A DNA stretch of 64,000 nucleotides from an uncultured delta proteobacterium (GTDB lineage: Bacteria > Myxococcota_A > Polyangia > Fen-1088): positions 2,784,001 to 2,848,000 of the forward strand of contig CAVYGB010000008.1 of NCBI GenBank assembly GCA_963767925.1. The letters run 5' to 3'. Position 1 is the stretch's first letter. Each line of letters begins with the position of its first letter. The position numbers and the translations under genes are program-made. Below, piece by piece: positions 53,001-63,237 of the stretch. The notes under the pieces are model-generated. The model did not search any database and was not told where the DNA came from. It worked only from the letters and a program-made list of their open reading frames with translations.

Positions 53001-53030
53001 TTGACCGAAGCGTCGCGGCAAAAGTATACT
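53001..53030 (+). promoter_or_regulatory. Sigma70-type promoter
   Basis: TTGACC-18 bp-TATACT; the -35 box is flanked by IR CGCTTC/GAAGCG. Confidence 0.7.
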
Positions 53031-53101
53031 TGGGTGGTTCGACGTACGGCTGCCGCCGGGCGTGTGGGGTCCCGGGGGCGAACGCGCAAGGAGGGAGCTT
53101 G

Positions 53102-53437
53102 ATGGTGCTGAACGTGGCCTGTCGCGACTCTGAGCTGAGCGGGTACGACCGAAGGTGGGTGGAGGCGTTCTCGCTGCGCCTCGAGCGGTACTTCACCGAC
53201 ATTCTCACCGTCGAGTGGGATCTCACCCAGGAGGGGAACGGCCATCTCGCGGTCTGCCGCGTGCACAGCCGGCAAGGATTTTACCGGGCCACTGCCCAGG
53301 CGAAGACCGCCCGGCACGCCATGCACACCGCGATCGACCGGCTGACCCAGCAGCGGCGGAAGGCAAAGAAGATGGCCGGCAGCGCGCGCCGGGAAGGGCG
53401 CGCGTCGATCGCCGCTCAGCCGAGAGCGATGCCGTAG
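53102..53437 (+). CDS. Divergent HPF/RaiA-like ribosome-associated protein
   Basis: GGAGGGAG RBS; LERYF...TVEWDL...AMHTAIDRLTQQRRK fits the HPF secondary-structure pattern. Confidence 0.6.
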   Translation: MVLNVACRDSELSGYDRRWVEAFSLRLERYFTDILTVEWDLTQEGNGHLAVCRVHSRQGFYRATAQAKTARHAMHTAIDRLTQQRRKAKKMAGSARREGRASIAAQPRAMP

Positions 53438-54129
53438 CCAGCGAGCTGGCGCTCGGCCTGACCGGCCCAGTCCCGGTTGGCGGCAGGGCTGGCCGGGCTG
53501 GGGTGCAAGATGGTGCCGAGGGCGACGCCGGTCTCGGCGAGCGCCGTGCGGGCCCGGCCCTCGGCGAAGGCGCCCACCCCGATGACGTGGGTCGGGCGCA
53601 GCAGCTCGACCGCCTCCTGCAGGGCCCGGTCGCAGACCTGGAAGAGCCGCGCGCGCTCCCGGGGTGAGAGCTTGTCCGGGGTGCGGTTGCGCCCCGAGCG
53701 CTCCATGAAGGCCAGCGGGCAGTAGTTGACGACGAAGAAGCGGCGAAAGAAGCGCTCGGCGTCGCCGAAGCGATCCCGCGCCCAGCCCCACAGGCGGGTG
53801 CCGCTGACCTCGCCCCGGGGGCAGGCGAACCCCGCCACCGGCCGGGCGGGGTGCGGGCGGGCGGGGCTGCCCACCGCCGCCTCGATGCCGAGGAAGTCGC
53901 GCACCATCGTGACGTCGCCGAAGGGGACGCCGGTCTGGGCCATCCCGAAGGGGCCCGGGTTCATGCCGAGCAGCACCACCCGGCCCGGGCGCTTGCCGAA
54001 GCGCTCGAGGTAACGCTCGTGGGGGGCGCGGGCGTAGACCAGCGGGTTGTACACGTGGCTGGTCGGCGGCCCGAACCGCATCTCCTCGAGATCGGCGGCG
54101 AGGCGCCGGCTGACGTCGACCAGATCCAT
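53416..54129 (-). CDS. SMUG1-family uracil-DNA glycosylase
   Basis: VYNPLVYA, GMNPGPFGMAQTGVPFG, EVSGTRLW, NYCPL, HPSPASP. Confidence 0.93.
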   Translation of the reverse strand: MDLVDVSRRLAADLEEMRFGPPTSHVYNPLVYARAPHERYLERFGKRPGRVVLLGMNPGPFGMAQTGVPFGDVTMVRDFLGIEAAVGSPARPHPARPVAGFACPRGEVSGTRLWGWARDRFGDAERFFRRFFVVNYCPLAFMERSGRNRTPDKLSPRERARLFQVCDRALQEAVELLRPTHVIGVGAFAEGRARTALAETGVALGTILHPSPASPAANRDWAGQAERQLAGYGIALG

Positions 54130-54189
54130 TGGCCTGCGCATTTACCACGCCCGGTTTGCAGCCGCCCGCAACCGCGGCAGACTCCGGGC

Positions 54190-55596
<1,407 letters not shown>

Positions 55597-55636
55597 TCGC
55601 CGCCCGCCAACCTGGTGCACTACTCACCGTCGCTGC

Positions 55637-55657
55637 ACCGTCAAGCATCTTGACGGT
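55637..55657. promoter_or_regulatory. Perfect 9-bp inverted repeat overlapping a putative -35 box upstream of hsp20
   Basis: ACCGTCAAG-CAT-CTTGACGGT; contains TTGACG. Confidence 0.55.
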
Positions 55658-55719
55658 CGATCCCCAGTGGTTAACTCCACGATACGCAAGCAGAACGGCA
55701 AGCGAAGGAGGAACGAATC

Positions 55720-56163
55720 ATGTGGGGCTATCGTTTTTCGGATCTCGATCGAACCCTGGCGGCGGTGGATGGGCTGCGGCGGATGGGCCGCGTGTTCGTG
55801 GACGTCGACACACGGGGGCCGGCCACCGGAAACGCCTGGCCGCGCACGAACGTGTACGAGACAAAAGACGCGCTCGTGGTCGTGGCAGAGGTCCCGGGCC
55901 TGACCGAGAAGGACCTCGAGGTCACGATCGATAAACGGGTGCTGACGCTGTCGGGTGAGCGGAAGCTGAACCTGCCCGAGGGGCTGCTGGAGCAAGCGCC
56001 GGAACGGCAACCCGAGCGCTTCTCGCGCAGCTTCACCCTGCCCGAGCGGATCGCGACCGACGGCCTGACCGCGGAGCTCAAGGACGGCGTCCTCACGGTT
56101 CGCCTCCCCAAGGTCCCCGAGGAGCAGCCGCGCAAGATCGCCATCAAGGCGCCGGGCGCCTGA
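55720..56163 (+). CDS. Hsp20/alpha-crystallin small heat shock protein
   Basis: AEVPGL, LTLSGER, FSRSFTLP, LKDGVLTVRLPK, RKIAI; AAGGAGG RBS. Confidence 0.93.
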   Translation: MWGYRFSDLDRTLAAVDGLRRMGRVFVDVDTRGPATGNAWPRTNVYETKDALVVVAEVPGLTEKDLEVTIDKRVLTLSGERKLNLPEGLLEQAPERQPERFSRSFTLPERIATDGLTAELKDGVLTVRLPKVPEEQPRKIAIKAPGA

Positions 56164-56247
56164 CGCGAGCGCAAAAGGGCCAGCAAGGCGCGGTGACCCC
56201 CGAGCCGGGACGCCGGCTCGGGGGCGAGTTGTGGTAGGAACACGCGC

Positions 56248-57285
56248 ATGAAAGCGCTCGTCCTGACCGCCTACAAGGAGTTCGAAGTCCAAGACATGCC
56301 GGAGCCGGACGTCGGCGCGCGCGACGTGCTGGTACGGGTCGCGGCCTGCGGGATCTGCGGCAGCGACGTCCACGGCATGGACGGCAGCACCGGCCGCCGC
56401 CGCCCGCCCATCGTCATGGGGCACGAGGCCTCGGGCGTGATCGAGCGGGTCGGCCCGGACGTGCGCGACTACCGGGTGGGCGACCGGGTCACCTTCGACT
56501 CGACGATCTACAACCCGGACAGCTTCTTCTCCCGGCGCGGGCTGATCAACCTGTGCGACGACAGGCGGGTGCTGGGCGTGTCCTGCGAGGACTACCGGCA
56601 ACACGGGGCCTTCGCCGAGCTGGTGGCGGTGCCGAGCCACATTCTCTATGCCCTGCCGCCCGCCATGACCTTCGAGCAGGCGGCCCTCGTCGAGCCGGTC
56701 TCGATCGCGGTGCACGCGCGCCACCTGACCCCCATCGAGCCGGGGGACACGGCGATCGTGTTCGGGGCTGGCCTGATCGGGGTGATGACCGTGCAGGTGC
56801 TCAAGAACACGCCGGCCAAGCAGATCATCGCCGTCGACATCGACGCCGGCAAGCTGGCGGTGGCCCGCGAGGTGGGTGCCACCCACGTGATCAACTCCGC
56901 CAGCGGTGACGTGGCGGCGCAGGTCAAGGACCTGACCGAGGGCCGGGGGGCCGACGTGGCCTTCGAGGCGGTGGGGATCGAGGCCACCGTGCGAGCGGCG
57001 GTGGCGAGCGTGCGCAAGGGCGGCACCGTGACCCTGGTGGGCAACCTGGCCAAGGACGTGTCGATCCCGCTGCAGGCGGTCGTGACCCGCCAGATCCGGC
57101 TGCAGGGCTCCTGCGCCTCGAGCGGCGAATACCCCGAGTGCCTCGACCTCATCAGCTCGGGCAAGGTGGACGTGGACCGGTTCATCTCGGCCACCGCCCC
57201 CCTCGAGGACGGCGCCTCCTGGTTCGATCGCCTCCACAAGCGCGAGCCCGGCCTCATGAAGGTCGTGCTCAAGCCGAACGGCTAG
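56248..57285 (+). CDS. Zn-dependent sugar-alcohol dehydrogenase (galactitol-1-P/sorbitol dehydrogenase-like)
   Basis: CGICGSD, MGHEASG, GAGLIG, FEAVG. Confidence 0.9.
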   Translation: MKALVLTAYKEFEVQDMPEPDVGARDVLVRVAACGICGSDVHGMDGSTGRRRPPIVMGHEASGVIERVGPDVRDYRVGDRVTFDSTIYNPDSFFSRRGLINLCDDRRVLGVSCEDYRQHGAFAELVAVPSHILYALPPAMTFEQAALVEPVSIAVHARHLTPIEPGDTAIVFGAGLIGVMTVQVLKNTPAKQIIAVDIDAGKLAVAREVGATHVINSASGDVAAQVKDLTEGRGADVAFEAVGIEATVRAAVASVRKGGTVTLVGNLAKDVSIPLQAVVTRQIRLQGSCASSGEYPECLDLISSGKVDVDRFISATAPLEDGASWFDRLHKREPGLMKVVLKPNG

Positions 57286-57445
57286 TGCACCGTCTTCGAA
57301 CTAGCATCAATCAATCGGCGACGATCCTGCGCCCCCGCTTCGTTGCTCCTCCTCGGAATATGCCCGATATTCGTCGTCGTCGCGCCTCGCGGGAACGCAG
57401 GCTTGTCGCCGCCTGATTGACGCTACTTCGAAGACGGTGCACTAG
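57282..57445. mobile_element. 164-bp MITE-like palindromic element bounded by CTAG
   Basis: 32-bp terminal IRs match 30/32 (57282-57313 vs 57414-57445); additional internal pairing; no ORF. Confidence 0.8.
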
Positions 57446-57489
57446 CCCTGGTTCGATAGACCCCTCTGCTGCTGGAGACTCCGAACATC

Positions 57490-58275
57490 ATGGTGAAGAA
57501 CTTCTTCGATCTTTCCGGGCGCACGGCGCTGGTCACCGGGGCCAGCCGGGGCCTGGGGCAATATTTCGCCCGCGCCCTGGCCCAGGCCGGGGCAGACCTC
57601 ATCGTCACCGCCCGCAACGGCAACGACGCCGAGCCCTTCGCCGCCGAGATCCGGGCGCTGGGGCGCAAGGTGACGACTCTGTCGCTCGACGTGCGCGACG
57701 AGGCCAGCATCCGCAAGATGGCCGACGACGCCCAGGCCGCCGTCGGCAAGATCGACATCCTCGTCAACAACGCCGGCTGCAACGTGCGCAAGCCGACGAT
57801 GGAGATAAGCTGGGACGACTACAACAAGGTGCTGGAGACCAACCTGCGCGGCACCTTCTTCGTGGCCCAGTCGGTCGCCCGCCACATGATCCCCCACAAA
57901 TACGGGCGCATCGTCAACATCGGCTCGGTGACCTCGGTGTTCGGCTACGCCAACATCGCCCCCTATTGCGCCAGCCGGGGCGGCGTCAAGCAGCTCACCA
58001 TGGCCCTGGCCGACGAGTGGGGCCGCCACGGCATCACCGTCAACTGCCTGGCCCCGGGCTGGTTCCGCACCGAGCAGAACAAGGTGCTGTACGACAACAA
58101 GAAGTGGGTCGACTACATCTGCGACCGCATCCCGGTCGGCCGCCCCGGCAAGCCCAACGACCTCGACGGCGCGGTGGTGTTCCTGGCCTCACCGGCCAGC
58201 GAATACGTCACCGGCCAGACGCTGCTTGTCGACGGCGGCATCTCCACCGGCGCCACGAAGGCCTCGGTCGACTAG
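57490..58275 (+). CDS. SDR oxidoreductase (gluconate 5-dehydrogenase/KduD-like)
   Basis: TGASRGLG, NNAG, YCASR (YxxxK with R), PGWF, VDGG. Confidence 0.9.
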   Translation: MVKNFFDLSGRTALVTGASRGLGQYFARALAQAGADLIVTARNGNDAEPFAAEIRALGRKVTTLSLDVRDEASIRKMADDAQAAVGKIDILVNNAGCNVRKPTMEISWDDYNKVLETNLRGTFFVAQSVARHMIPHKYGRIVNIGSVTSVFGYANIAPYCASRGGVKQLTMALADEWGRHGITVNCLAPGWFRTEQNKVLYDNKKWVDYICDRIPVGRPGKPNDLDGAVVFLASPASEYVTGQTLLVDGGISTGATKASVD

Positions 58276-60136
58276 AAGGTGAAGGCGACGCCGCTGCCGA
58301 GCTCGAAGGCGACGGCGGACGAGGGGAACCCGATGATGGTGCGGACCTCGGTCGGCCAGGAGATCCGGTTGGTGAAGTTGTAGACCACGCCTCCGCCCAC
58401 CCCGAACAGGAGGGGCCCGCCGCGCACCGTATCGCTGCGCACCAGCTCGACCGAGCGATCCGCCGGCACCCGCAGCCGGAAGCCGTCGCCGCCGCCGACA
58501 CAGGCGCTGACCAGGCCCTGCAGCCGGTCCTCGATGAGGTCGAGGGTGTACGAGCCTCGGGCCAGCAGGGAGAAGGCCCGGTTGGCGGGCGTCCCGCCGA
58601 TGGCGTCACCGAAGCCGTCCTCGGGGACGTATTGCAGGCGGGCCTGCAGCGACACCGAGAAGTTCTTCATGAGCTGGTAGCCGACCTCGGGCAAGATGTG
58701 GAACAGCCCGCCGGGCAGGCCGCCCGAGGTGATCTCGCGCTCCTGCCGGAACTCCAGCTTGCCGCCCGGCTGCCAGCCGTAGGCGGTGCCGAGGCCGAAG
58801 CTGGCCCAGAACCGTCCGATGGCCCGACGGCGGCCCGTGCGCGCCGACTCGCCCCTGCGCACGGGGCTGTCGTCGTCGTCCCGGCTGGCCCGGATCTGCT
58901 CGGGCTCGTCGGCGGGCTCGTCGCCGCCACCCCGGAGCTCCTTGGCCACCGCCTCCTCGACCGGCATGGCACCGTCTTTGACCACCAGGAGGTTGGGGCT
59001 GTCGGCGCTGCCGCTGTTGGCCTCGCCCGCGCCTTCGCCCTGGACGAAGAACTGCAACGTCTTGCCCTCGGTGGCGCTGGCGGGGATCACGCCCCGGAAC
59101 CAGCCACGCAGCGAGCGGGGCATCGCCACCGGGGTGAAGTCCTCGGTGCCCGCCGGCCGGAAGTGGAGCACGAGCTGCGAGACCTTGAGGTCGGGGCGCA
59201 CGGCGCAGGTGACGACAACCTCGGTCTCGGGCGGCGTCTCGATGGGAATCGGGCAATACACCGGATCGTTGCGCCCCTCGGGATAAGGCGAGTTGCTGCG
59301 GGCGGCGCTGGCGGCGGCGGCAGCGCTGGAGCTGGAGGCGACGGCGCGGACCGGCGGCTTCTCCGGCGGGGCGCTGGCCGGCTCTCGGCGCTGGCTGGCT
59401 TCTCGGCGCTGGCCGGCTTCTCGGTGAGGATGGAGAGCACGTCGGTGCTCCGCGAGGCGGCGCTCGAGCGGGCGGGCGGCTCGGGCTCGGCCGGGGGAGG
59501 CGCGGGCGCGCGGACGGCGGGGGCGGCGGGCTTGCGGGGGGGACCGTCGAGCAGCTCGCGGGCCAGCGCCTCCGAGCTCCGGCGGGCCGGGGTCGCCGGC
59601 TCGGCCTCGGGCTCCGGCTTCTCGGCCGCGCCGGGGGCCTCGTCCTGGTCGAGCGGCCCCGACGGATCCGCGGCGGTCTCGTTCATCACCTTGTCGGCGG
59701 GATCGGACGCCTCGCTGTCGGACTCGGCGCTCGCGGTGCCGGTGGCCTTCTGGCGGGCGATGGCCAGCGCCTTGCGGGCCCGGGGGGTGGCCATCCCGGA
59801 GGGGATCTTGGCGTCGGGCGTGGCGTCGAGCGCCTCGCTCATGTAGGCCACCGCGCGCTTCTCGTCCTTGAAGGACTGGGCATAGATCGCGCCGAGGGCC
59901 ATGCGGGTCCGGCTGGTCAGCGGGTCGCGGCCCAGGCCCCACTCGCCGGCCATCTTCTCCGCCTCCAGCAGCCGCTTGCGCGCGGCCGAGGCCTGGCCGT
60001 CCCGGGCCTCGATGAGCGCCTCCCGCTGCATGGTCGTGATCTGCTCGCGGGCCTTCTGCTGGTTGGCGCAGGCCGCGCTGAGAAACACGAGGGAGAGGGC
60101 CAAACCCAGGAACTTCACACGCGTTCGACACATCAT
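58272..60136 (-). pseudogene. Lipoprotein (TPR-like N-terminus, Ig-like domain, beta-barrel-like C-terminus) split by a 1-bp deletion near 59383
   Basis: Lipobox LSAAC in one frame; C-terminal domain ending GVAFTF in another; the frames join if one base is restored in the third copy of an 18-bp repeat. Could be a sequencing error. Confidence 0.75.
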
Positions 60137-60396
60137 CGGAGCGCCTAGCTTAACGCTCGGGACCCTGGCGGTGTCATGCCGAAAGTGCTCTCCGCGGCAG
60201 CCCAAAGGTGGTGTCCGATTTCCATTGCTCAGGCCGAGATACATCCTGTTGCCCCCTTTGGACGTGGCGTCTATTTCCAGGCCCGCGGCGCCGCCCGCGC
60301 GTGGACCCCTCTCTTTTAGCCGAAGGCGCTGTGCCCTCCTCCCAAAAACTCCGCCATCGTCGACACGCTGGTACGACTGGCCGCGGCGCGGCCCTC

Positions 60397-61163
60397 CTGC
60401 AAACCAAGCTGGCCCAGGCGGTCCGGCGGCTGCCCCGCGACATCGACCCCCCGGTGGTCTCGAAGACCAACCCCGAAGACCAGCCCATCATGTGGGTGGG
60501 CGTGTCCGGGCCCTATTCGCCGCAGCTCCTGGCCGACATCGCCCGCTACCGGGTCAAGGAGAAGCTGCAGACCATCCCCGGCGTGGGCGAGGTCGGCATC
60601 GGCGGCTCGATCGAGCGCAACATCCGCATCTGGGTCGACGCCGTCCGCCTCGACGAGCGGGCCCTCACCGTCCACGACGTCATCACCGCCTTGCAGCGCC
60701 AGCACGTCGAGGTGCCGGCCGGGCGGCTCGACGCCGAGGGGGGAGATCAGCGTGCGGCTGCTGGGCGAGGCCCTCGACCTGCAGACCCTCCGCCGCATCG
60801 TCGTGCGCGAGGTGGCGGGGGCGCCGGTCTACCTCGAGGACGTGGCCCTCGTCGAAGATGGGTTCGAGGGCGTGCGCCGGGCCCGGGTCGACGGCTCGCC
60901 CGAACAGGGGCTCGTTATCCGCAAGCAGCGGGGGGCCAACGCCGTCCAGGTCGCCCACGACGTCAAGCGCACCCTGGCCGAGATCCATGGCCGTCGCGGT
61001 GATCGGGGGGCTGCTGGTCTCGACCGCCCTCAGCTTGCTGGTGGTGCCCGCCTTCTATGTCGTCGCGGACCGGGCGGTCACCCGCCTGCGGCGCAAGCGG
61101 CGCCCGCACGAGACAGAGTCGGAGGCGGCCGGCGCGGGGCGCGAAGCCACCTCCACGCCGTGA
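60397..61163 (+). pseudogene. Collapsed AcrB/RND efflux permease remnant
   Basis: Three frames give LPRDIDPPVV..., ...RKQRGANAVQVA and MAVAVIGGLLVSTALSLLVVPAFY; no N-terminus; most of the gene is missing. Confidence 0.88.
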
Positions 61164-61172
61164 AAAGGCGCC

Positions 61173-61892
61173 TCAGCCCTTGACGGGGTGGAGGCCACAC
61201 TCCTTGTTCTCGGGGTTCTCCCACCACCAGCGGCCAGCGCGGGGATGTTCGCCCGGCTGGATGGCGCGCGTGCAGGGGGCGCAGCCGATGGAGGGGTAGC
61301 CCTTGCGGTGCAGGGGGTTGACCGGCACCCGGTTGGCGTCGGCGTAGGCCCAGAGGTCGGCGTCGCTCCAGCCGATGATGGGGTTGACCTTGGCGATGCC
61401 GCCGTGGCCCCGGTCGAGATCGATGGCCCCGGTGTCGGCGCGGGTGACGGCCTGATCCCGGCGCAGCCCGGTGACCCAGCCCTCGAGCGTGCCGAGCATG
61501 CGTCCCAGCGGCTCCACCTTGCGGATGCCGCAGCACTCGCGCCGGTTCTCCAGCGACTCCATGAAGCTGTAGGACCCCTTTGCGCGCAGCAGGGCCTCCA
61601 CCTTGGCCCGCTCGGGGAAGAGCCACTCGATCTCGATGCCGTATTTGTCGCGCACCCGATCGGCGGTCTGGTAGGTCGCTTCGGGCAGCCGGCCGGTGTC
61701 GAGGGCAAACACCCGCACCCCGGCGTCGATCCGGTGGGCGAGGTCGATGACGGCGCAATCCTCGATCGAGAAGCTCGACGCGATGGCCAGCGAACGACCG
61801 AAACGCCCGAGGGCCCAGCGGAGCACCTCCTCGGGAGGAGCGCCGTCCAGGCGGCGGGTGGCCTCGGCGAGCTCGTCTTCGGTGGGCTTCAT
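61173..61892 (-). CDS. cysH: APS/PAPS reductase (Fe-S type)
   Basis: LDTGRL, ECCGIRKVEPL, GYPSIGCAPCT, RAGRWWWE, KECGLH. Confidence 0.95.
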   Translation of the reverse strand: MKPTEDELAEATRRLDGAPPEEVLRWALGRFGRSLAIASSFSIEDCAVIDLAHRIDAGVRVFALDTGRLPEATYQTADRVRDKYGIEIEWLFPERAKVEALLRAKGSYSFMESLENRRECCGIRKVEPLGRMLGTLEGWVTGLRRDQAVTRADTGAIDLDRGHGGIAKVNPIIGWSDADLWAYADANRVPVNPLHRKGYPSIGCAPCTRAIQPGEHPRAGRWWWENPENKECGLHPVKG

Positions 61893-61940
61893 GGCGGTGC
61901 CTTATAGCGCATCGTCGTGCTAGAACGCGCGGCGCCTGCC

Positions 61941-63236
61941 ATGGCGAAGCCGACGTCCAAGGTGCATCTCCAGTATGGCCGCGATGGCCTGGAGGTCGAG
62001 CTGCCGCCCGGGCGCATCCGCGTCATCGAGCCCACCTTCGTGCCCGGTCTCGCCGACGAGGCGGCCGCCTTCGTCGACGCGGTCCGGAACCCGATCGGGG
62101 GCCGGCCCCTGCGCGACTGCGTGGCCGCCCACGAGCGGGTGGCGGTGGTCATCCCCGACATCACCCGCCCGCTGCCGAGCGACCGCCTGCTCCCCTGGCT
62201 GTTCGCCGAGCTGGCCCACCTGCCGCCGGAGAACGTCACCATCCTCAACGGCACCGGCTCGCACCGGAGCAACAGCCCCGCCGAGCTGGCGGCGATGGTG
62301 GGGCCCGCGGTGCTGGCCCGCTACCGCGTCGTCAACCACGACGCCCAGGCGCCCGCCGGGATGGCCCTGGCCGGCCAGACCCGTGACGGCCGCCCGGTCC
62401 ACCTGGCCCGGGACTACGTGCAGGCCGACCGGCGCATCGTCCTCGGCTTCATCGAGCCGCACTTCATGGCCGGCTTCTCGGGGGGCTACAAGGGCGTGTT
62501 CCCCGCCCTCGCCGATCTCGACGCCATCATGCACTACCACCGGGCGGAGGCCATCGGCCACCCCGCCAGCACCTGGGGCGTGCTCGAGGGCAACCCCACC
62601 CAGGAGCAGATCCGCTGGGCGGGGAGCCTGCTGCCCGTGGATTTCCTGGTCAACGTCACCCTCAACCGCAAGCGCCAGATCACGGGCTACTTCTGCGGCG
62701 AGGTGGCGGCCGCCCACCAGGCCGGCTGCGACTTTGCCCGGCATACGGCCATGGCGGCCTGCGAGCGCCGCTACCCCATCGTGATCACCACCAACGCCGG
62801 TTATCCCCTCGACCAGAACCTCTACCAGGCGGTCAAGGGGATGCACGCCGCCTTCCAGGTCGTCGAGCAGGACGGCCTCATCGTGGCCGCCTCCCGCTGC
62901 GACGACGGCTTTCCGGGGCACGGCAACTTCAAGCGGCTGCTGTTCGAGCACGGCAGCCCGCAGGCGCTGCTCGACGCCATCACCGCGCCCGGCTTCTCGG
63001 TCTACGACCAGTGGGAGGCACAGCTCCTGGCCATCATCGCCCTGCGGGCCCGGGTGGCCCTCAAGAGCGAGCTCGATCCGGGCGAGGTCCGCCGCGCCCA
63101 CCTCGAGCCGGTCGAGGACATCGCCGCCCGCGTCCGCAGCGAGCTCGATCGCCGCGGCGACGTCCCCATCGCCGTCTTGCCCGAAGGACCCATGACCATC
63201 CCCTACCTCGCGAGCCCCGCCGGTGCCCCCCAGTAA
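61941..63236 (+). CDS. larA: Nickel-pincer-dependent lactate racemase-family enzyme
   Basis: PDITRP, GTGSHR, IEPHFMAGFSGGYK, DQNLYQAVKG, DQWEAQ. Confidence 0.92.
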   Translation: MAKPTSKVHLQYGRDGLEVELPPGRIRVIEPTFVPGLADEAAAFVDAVRNPIGGRPLRDCVAAHERVAVVIPDITRPLPSDRLLPWLFAELAHLPPENVTILNGTGSHRSNSPAELAAMVGPAVLARYRVVNHDAQAPAGMALAGQTRDGRPVHLARDYVQADRRIVLGFIEPHFMAGFSGGYKGVFPALADLDAIMHYHRAEAIGHPASTWGVLEGNPTQEQIRWAGSLLPVDFLVNVTLNRKRQITGYFCGEVAAAHQAGCDFARHTAMAACERRYPIVITTNAGYPLDQNLYQAVKGMHAAFQVVEQDGLIVAASRCDDGFPGHGNFKRLLFEHGSPQALLDAITAPGFSVYDQWEAQLLAIIALRARVALKSELDPGEVRRAHLEPVEDIAARVRSELDRRGDVPIAVLPEGPMTIPYLASPAGAPQ

Positions 63237-63237
63237 G

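Noticed and set aside
52889..53101. N-terminal 71 codons of ORF 52889-53437
   Set aside because: The stretch spans a hexamer repeat and a clear promoter; the RBS supports a start at 53102
55610..55640. GGTGCA...TGCACC as a CIRCE element
   Set aside because: Sequence and spacing do not match TTAGCACTC-N9-GAGTGCTAA
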